Below, one piece after another: positions 58,787 through 64,000 of a DNA stretch of 64,000 nt. How positions within the stretch are numbered: position 1 is the first letter of the stretch; the number at the start of each line of letters is the position of its first letter. The notes under the pieces are model-generated. The model did no database searches, was not told the origin of the DNA, and saw only the letters and a program-made list of their open reading frames with translations. Source of the DNA: Vulcanimicrobiaceae bacterium (GTDB lineage Bacteria > Acidobacteriota > Terriglobia > Acidiferrales > UBA7541); NCBI GenBank assembly GCA_035484435.1, contig DATHOY010000041.1, forward strand, positions 1,039 through 65,038. Reading direction: 5' to 3'. The position numbers and the translations under genes were made by a program.

Positions 58787-60463
58787 TTGGTCACGCGTAA
58801 ACTAAAGACGAGTAGCAAATTTCTCCCTCGCGGAATTTTTCTGACTGCGGCCGTACTGGCTCTGGTCGTGCTTCTCCCGGGGCCGTGCCGCGCCCAGACC
58901 GCGGAAACATTCCGCAAGCAGGCCCTCGAGTTTTCCAAATCAAAGTCCTGGGACCAAGCCATCGCTAATTACCGCGAAGCTCTCGCCCTTGAGCCCAACG
59001 ATCCTCTCACTCACTTCGACTTGGCACTCGCGCTGAAATACAGTGGCAGCCCGGCGCAGGCCTTGCCGGAGTTCCAGGCTGCCCTGCAACTCAAACCCAA
59101 ATGGGCAGCGGCTCACTACGGGTTGGGCTCAGCCTATTATGATTTGCACGATTCATCCGCCGCAGCCAAGGAATTAAAGGCGGCGGTGGGCCTTGATCCC
59201 GCAAACACAGAGGCGCACAGGCTTCTCGCTCGAATCTATGTCCAGCAGAATGATCCCCAGGGCGCGGCGCGCGAATTGCGCCGTGCGCTCGCCGCAAAGC
59301 CTTCGGCAGAGGTCTGTTTCGAGTTGGGACTCGCCGAAGCGCAACTTGGCAACTCCGAAGCAGCCACCCAGCAATTCCGCCGCGTCCTGCAATTCAATCC
59401 GCGCTACGCCAGTGCGCACCTGATGCTGGGCATAATTCTTCGCCGCCAAGGCGATCATGCCGGCGCGCTCGCGCAATTCCAAAAGGCCGCGGAACTCGCT
59501 CCGGAGGATCCCGAAGCTCAATTCAATCTTGGCAAAGAGCTGAAGGCCAAGGACGATAAAGCAGGCGCGATCGCCGCCTTCCGGCGCGCCATCGAACTCA
59601 AACCCGATTTTGAACAAGCGCACTACAACCTGGGAATTACTTTGCGTTCGCAGGGAGAAGATGCCGAGGCCAAAAAGGAGCTTAGCGAACTGAAGGGCCT
59701 CCATGAATTCCGCACGCGACTGGCGCAATCCAAATACTTGATCCTCCAGGGCGTGGAAGCTCTGAAGCAGCAAAAAGTGGACGAAGCCCTCCGGCTGTTT
59801 CAGGAAGCGGCCGAACAAAGTCCCGAACTTCCTACCAGCTACTACTACCTGGGCCTCGTCTGGGAGCATAAAAACGATCCGGCTTCCGCGTCCTCCTCTT
59901 ATGAAAAAGCCATCTCCCTGCAGCCGGATTATGCGCAGGCCCACACCAGTTATGGCTCGCTGCTGTGGCGGATGAACGATCGCGAACGCGGGCTCCAGGA
60001 GTTTCAGCGGGCCGTTATGTGCGACCCCGACTTGCGGGAAGCGCATTACAATCTTGGTCTGGCGCTCGCGCAACTGCAGCGCCTTGACGAAGCCATCCAG
60101 GAATTAAACCTCGCCATCAGCCTCGATCCGCATTATGTTGACGCGCGCGTGCAACTGGGTCTAGTTCTCAGCGAGAAAAACGATTTTGTCGGCGCGGCAA
60201 ATGTGTACAAGGAACTTCTGCGGCGCGATCCCAAATTTGCGGAGATTCACAACAATCTAGGCCTGCTGCTCCTGCAGTCCGGCGATGCGAAAGGCGCGCA
60301 GGTTGAGTTTCTGGAAGCGGCGCGACTGAAACCGCGCTATGCAGAAGCTCACTACAATCTTGCCCTGGCTCTCCAGAAAGCGGGAAAAGATGCCGAGGCG
60401 AATGCCGAATTCGAGAAGGCGTATGAAATTATGCCGGAACTCCGGAACTCCTCACCCCGCTAA
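58787..60463 (+). CDS. Exported tetratricopeptide-repeat protein
   Basis: Many TPR units (AHYNLG, AHYGLG, A..L.P); signal-like leader. Confidence 0.9.
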   Translation: MVTRKLKTSSKFLPRGIFLTAAVLALVVLLPGPCRAQTAETFRKQALEFSKSKSWDQAIANYREALALEPNDPLTHFDLALALKYSGSPAQALPEFQAALQLKPKWAAAHYGLGSAYYDLHDSSAAAKELKAAVGLDPANTEAHRLLARIYVQQNDPQGAARELRRALAAKPSAEVCFELGLAEAQLGNSEAATQQFRRVLQFNPRYASAHLMLGIILRRQGDHAGALAQFQKAAELAPEDPEAQFNLGKELKAKDDKAGAIAAFRRAIELKPDFEQAHYNLGITLRSQGEDAEAKKELSELKGLHEFRTRLAQSKYLILQGVEALKQQKVDEALRLFQEAAEQSPELPTSYYYLGLVWEHKNDPASASSSYEKAISLQPDYAQAHTSYGSLLWRMNDRERGLQEFQRAVMCDPDLREAHYNLGLALAQLQRLDEAIQELNLAISLDPHYVDARVQLGLVLSEKNDFVGAANVYKELLRRDPKFAEIHNNLGLLLLQSGDAKGAQVEFLEAARLKPRYAEAHYNLALALQKAGKDAEANAEFEKAYEIMPELRNSSPR

Positions 60464-60480
60464 AAGCGTCCGCTCTTTCC

Positions 60481-61746
60481 TTAGCGGGGCGAACGTCTCT
60501 GTACTGCGATCAGTGAGACCTGCTCAAAATCCGGATAGTGTCCTTCGCTATCGGGGTTGCGTTCGCCCGGGCTGATCTGCTCGATGGTCGTCCGCGCAGG
60601 CATGATCGGGCCCAGATATTCTCCGTAAACCTTGTCGAACTCCATCGAGTCGGCAAGATCATCCAAATAGACGTTCGTGGACACGACCTGGCTGAAATCC
60701 ATTCCAGCCTCTTCCAAATTATCCAGGAGGTTGCGCATTGTTTGCCGCAACTGCGTCGCTGTAGTGGAGGCATACACTCCGCCGTGGGGCCCGGGGATAA
60801 AGCCGCTCTTCGCCGAACAATATAAGGTCTCCCCGGCAAACACGCAGGGACTCGCGGTCGGGCTCGGCGGCATGTTCTTCGGACGCACCGCCTTGCGAGC
60901 TTGGAGATCCCGCACCGCCACGCCCGTATATTCAATGTGCGCCCCGCCCGGCAGGCTGGCCACTTCGATTGTTGCGCGTGCCGGAGTATTCCCAAATTCA
61001 AACCGGCGCGCATAGTGCTGATTCATCACCCGCGCCAGAATCTCTTTGGTCAGGTATGGGTTCACAAACACCACATTGCTAAGTTCCAGCCCCGCGGCAT
61101 TTACGACCGCCTTCATGCCATCGAGCGCCAGATCGACCTGTGCGGCCGGATCGTCCGGAATTTTCCCGCTCGTTGGATCCGCGCCGGCCATGCTGGAAAT
61201 GAACAGCCGGTCGTGGGTCAATATCCCGGGAGAAAAGGAATCGCTATGCGGATAATTTGCCGGAGAAACGGCGCGCCGGCCTTCCAGATTGCGCACCGCA
61301 ACTGCGTTGATCTGCACCGGGGGATCCGGCAGGTTCGCCACTCCAAGCACGGCTCGTGCTGGCGGAACCTTCGAAAAGTACTTTGCAAAAGCGCCATCCA
61401 CTTCCTGTAGTTTGCTCACATCCGTCAGATAGACTTGCGTGTACACCACGTTATCCATCGTCAACCCGGCCGCCACAACAATTGCCTGGATGTTTTCCAA
61501 CGCCTGCCGTACTTGCTCGCTGGTCGTCGCCGGCAAACTACCTTCAGCGCCGCGCGGTCCCTGGCCGGAAATGTAAACGTAATCCCCGGCATCAACCGCC
61601 GGCGATACAAATTGGCTCGGGCTCTTAATTTGCTGCGGGGCGACGGCGCGAACACGCTCTTGCGCAGTCAGCCCATGCGCCAACCCGGCCATCAGAAACA
61701 ATACTCGCGCCGCCTGAATGGTTCGCTTCATGATCACAAGCCGCAT
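60481..61746 (-). CDS. Exported protein with three tandem RidA domains
   Basis: ATG after AAGGAG; signal ending LTA-QE; three repeats (VYISGQG..PARAV; LFISSM..PARAT; LYCSAK..PARTT). Confidence 0.88.
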   Translation of the reverse strand: MRLVIMKRTIQAARVLFLMAGLAHGLTAQERVRAVAPQQIKSPSQFVSPAVDAGDYVYISGQGPRGAEGSLPATTSEQVRQALENIQAIVVAAGLTMDNVVYTQVYLTDVSKLQEVDGAFAKYFSKVPPARAVLGVANLPDPPVQINAVAVRNLEGRRAVSPANYPHSDSFSPGILTHDRLFISSMAGADPTSGKIPDDPAAQVDLALDGMKAVVNAAGLELSNVVFVNPYLTKEILARVMNQHYARRFEFGNTPARATIEVASLPGGAHIEYTGVAVRDLQARKAVRPKNMPPSPTASPCVFAGETLYCSAKSGFIPGPHGGVYASTTATQLRQTMRNLLDNLEEAGMDFSQVVSTNVYLDDLADSMEFDKVYGEYLGPIMPARTTIEQISPGERNPDSEGHYPDFEQVSLIAVQRRSPR

Positions 61747-61768
61747 TCTCCTTATTGCCCAGTCAACC

Positions 61769-63055
61769 TCATGCCCGCTTTTTCTGCGCCGCGCCAAGCA
61801 CCGTGCGCAGTCTTTCTCCCACGATCATTTCTTCCCCCGGCTGGATGGTCATGGACACCAGCTCAATGTGGTCCGGCGCTTTGCGTTCTTTTCGTGTCGG
61901 TACCGGATTCCCCTCGCGAACCGCCGTCACCAGGCTGGGATTGTCCGTCCCAAGCACCTCGATAACCGGATCCCCCGCGCGCAACTCGCGCACGCAATCG
62001 GCAATCGTGTACCCCCACGCTTGCTGATCCCACGAAACTTTCAATGTCGGATACCGGTTTCCATCGTCGGGTACGTACGTGCTCGTTTTTACCTGCGGAA
62101 CCGTCTCCACAAGTTTTCGGATTCGCTCTATCCGCGCATTCCACTCTTCGTAAAGTTTCTTCTCGTCAATCTTTAACCACGTTTCTAGCGCGGCCACGCA
62201 CCCGATGACCTCTTCTTTGCCGACCTTCATCGGGCGACAGACGGCGCCTTCGCGCGGACTGCTATTCAGCAGCGCTGCCTCGATTAAATCCTTCCGGCCC
62301 AGCAGCAAGCCGCTGCACTGCGGCCCGCGCAATCCCTTGCCTCCTGAAAAACAATACAGATCGATTCCCATCCTCGCATAGAGTTTGGCGTTATCCACGG
62401 GAGGAATTCCCGCCGCATCATCCAGCAACAGGGGAATTTTGTGCTCCTTGGCCACCTTCAATTGCTGCTGCAGTTTTTCGCCCAGGTCCGTCGTGTAAAT
62501 CATCGCGGTGTTCTCGCCGATCGCCTTGGAGAGTTCTTCCGGCGAATATACGAGAACCAACTTCGCCCCGGTCAGCCGGATGGCGCTGTCAAACGCGCTG
62601 CGCCCTCCCATCATGATCACTTCGTGTTTCAGACCCGTCGTGTCCGGCAGTTGCCAGATCTTGTGGTCGTCCGTGCCGGCCATGCATCCGGCCGTCGCTG
62701 CCGCCATGGCCCCCGCGGAACCCGACGTAACGATGCCGGATTCGGCACCGGTTAATTCCGCCAATCGCCGCCCCACGCCACGCTGCAATTCGATCATGTT
62801 GACGAAATACTTGGAGGCCTCCTCCTGCGCCTCGCGAACCTCCGGAAATTCCAGCGAACCGCTCAGAAAAGTCCACGTTCCTCGGCAGTTGATTACCGTT
62901 TTCACCCCAAGCCGCGCGTAAACGTTCTGCCCCTGATCCACACCGATGGCCGTGGCCGCGTGTGCATAAAGGTTGCGTGCGGCTATCTGGCTCAGCAGCG
63001 GCGCAGCCGCCAACATCTTAAAAAAGGATCGCCGACTGGAATTTTCTCTGGACAT
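61769..63055 (-). CDS. SelA-like/DgaE-family PLP-dependent enzyme with twin-arginine signal (copy 2)
   Basis: SRRSFFK Tat motif; YARLGVKTVINCRGTWT.LSGS, LDDAAG, FSGGKGLRGPQ, MKVGKEEVIG. Confidence 0.85.
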   Translation of the reverse strand: MSRENSSRRSFFKMLAAAPLLSQIAARNLYAHAATAIGVDQGQNVYARLGVKTVINCRGTWTFLSGSLEFPEVREAQEEASKYFVNMIELQRGVGRRLAELTGAESGIVTSGSAGAMAAATAGCMAGTDDHKIWQLPDTTGLKHEVIMMGGRSAFDSAIRLTGAKLVLVYSPEELSKAIGENTAMIYTTDLGEKLQQQLKVAKEHKIPLLLDDAAGIPPVDNAKLYARMGIDLYCFSGGKGLRGPQCSGLLLGRKDLIEAALLNSSPREGAVCRPMKVGKEEVIGCVAALETWLKIDEKKLYEEWNARIERIRKLVETVPQVKTSTYVPDDGNRYPTLKVSWDQQAWGYTIADCVRELRAGDPVIEVLGTDNPSLVTAVREGNPVPTRKERKAPDHIELVSMTIQPGEEMIVGERLRTVLGAAQKKRA

Positions 63056-63133
63056 TGCCAAGCCTCCTTGGATTCTTGCCGTACACCTTCATCATCTTGT
63101 TGCTAGGATCTACCCATGTTCGGGGCGAAACTC

Positions 63134-64000
63134 TTAATCGACGTCTTCAGGCAGGGGAATCCGCGAACGTACTGCCAGGATGTGTGCTTGCGCTCCCGGT
63201 TTGTTCTGATTGTAGAAGCCAACCGTGCAGTTGGGACGGAAATAATACGCATCCCCCGCTTTCGCCGGAAATCGGCCTTCGATTCCGTCCATTCCGCTTC
63301 CTGCCGCCATTTCGCCATTTCCGTCCATGATGAGATAGATCTCTTCTGCAGCTTCATGGTGGTGGGGAAAGTTTGTCCCGCCCGGAGCGAAGTTCATCCA
63401 GAAAAAGCTCGTCACCACATAAGCCTCATCTAGGGCGTCCCGCTTTCCGTTTCGTGGCCCTATCAATAATTTGTAAAGCACCGAAGAGGGGTGACCGCCG
63501 ACGGTCTCCTCTTTGACCTCATCCAGGTTCACGATCTTTGGCTGTGCGCTCGGCGTGTTAATCGCGATTTTGGAGGGGATCTTAAAGCTCATCGCCAACA
63601 CCCGCAATGGCTCGCCAAATTCGTTCGAAATCGAATGTTTCACGCCCGGCGGCAAATAGGTAAAGTCGGACTGCCGCATCGCGTGCGGCTCGTCGCCATA
63701 GTGCAGTACTCCGCGGCCGCTCATCACGAAGTAAATCTCTTCTTCGCGGGCGTAAAGCTCGGGTTGGCAATTTCCGTGCGCTGCGATTTCGATCTCCCCG
63801 AACCGCGAAACACTCTGGAGAGTCCGGGCTTCGGGGTCCCCTTCGCCGAACAAAGGTTTGTAGCGGCAAGTGTCGGTCGTGAACCCGGCCGCAGACTCTT
63901 TCGCTTCGGGCAGCTTACGGTGCAGCCAGGTGGGGTCGATCTTCCGCTCCTGCGCAGCCAGGCAGGGAAGCAGCAGCAATGGCAGCAAGCCGGTTATTAA
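63134..64000 (-). CDS. Exported bicupin protein (start lies beyond the window end)
   Basis: Frame open to the window end (LITGLLPLLLLPCLAAQ); EEIYFVMSGRG...PGVKH and PHHHEAAEEIYLIMDG. Confidence 0.8.
   Translation of the reverse strand, partial: LITGLLPLLLLPCLAAQERKIDPTWLHRKLPEAKESAAGFTTDTCRYKPLFGEGDPEARTLQSVSRFGEIEIAAHGNCQPELYAREEEIYFVMSGRGVLHYGDEPHAMRQSDFTYLPPGVKHSISNEFGEPLRVLAMSFKIPSKIAINTPSAQPKIVNLDEVKEETVGGHPSSVLYKLLIGPRNGKRDALDEAYVVTSFFWMNFAPGGTNFPHHHEAAEEIYLIMDGNGEMAAGSGMDGIEGRFPAKAGDAYYFRPNCTVGFYNQNKPGAQAHILAVRSRIPLPEDVD

Noticed and set aside
47128-63055. SelA-like genes as the selenocysteine synthase serving the Sec-FDH
   Set aside because: They have Tat leaders, lack the N-terminal tRNA-binding region, show SGGK rather than SGDK, and have no selB/selC/selD nearby; the context is sugar-acid catabolism
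1-64000. CRISPR arrays, IS elements, prophage or rRNA
   Set aside because: No spaced direct repeats, transposase, integrase, phage genes or rRNA-like sequence seen

Overview
Gene-dense bacterial window, probably Acidobacteriota (inferred from three large carboxypeptidase-regulatory-domain TonB-dependent receptors, a REC-MEDS regulator, a small Cys-rich protein and a quinoprotein/cytochrome c pair). No rRNA, intact tRNA, CRISPR array or transposase was seen. It has four blocks. (1) 5.4-18.3 kb, respiration: a porin-cytochrome electron-transfer operon (decaheme MtrA/DmsE-like, MtrB-like barrel, Met-less monoheme cytochrome, ImcH/NapC-like membrane multiheme) is divergent from a selenocysteine formate dehydrogenase (in-frame TGA plus SECIS) with a fused Fe-S/NrfD-HybB subunit, FdhE and an exported alpha-carbonic anhydrase. 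(2) 18.4-29 kb, accessory genes including a DUF3604-parvulin-HupE/UreJ module, ending at a possible tRNA 3' remnant. (3) 29.7-43.8 kb, an AgaR-type galactosamine/tagatose locus with 10-bp-phased GAAAG operator arrays. (4) 43.9-64 kb, the best candidate for an undescribed system: an IclR-associated locus in which normally cytoplasmic enzyme families carry export signals (two Tat-signal SelA/DgaE-like PLP enzymes, a Tat RidA, a triple-domain RidA, an RraA-like aldolase, a bicupin), together with a PQQ-type dehydrogenase, diheme cytochrome c, lactonase, TonB receptor, MFS importer, KdgK and Eda. This suggests periplasmic oxidation and deamination of amino sugars to 2-keto-3-deoxy-aldonates. All family calls come from reading motifs by eye, not from database searches.
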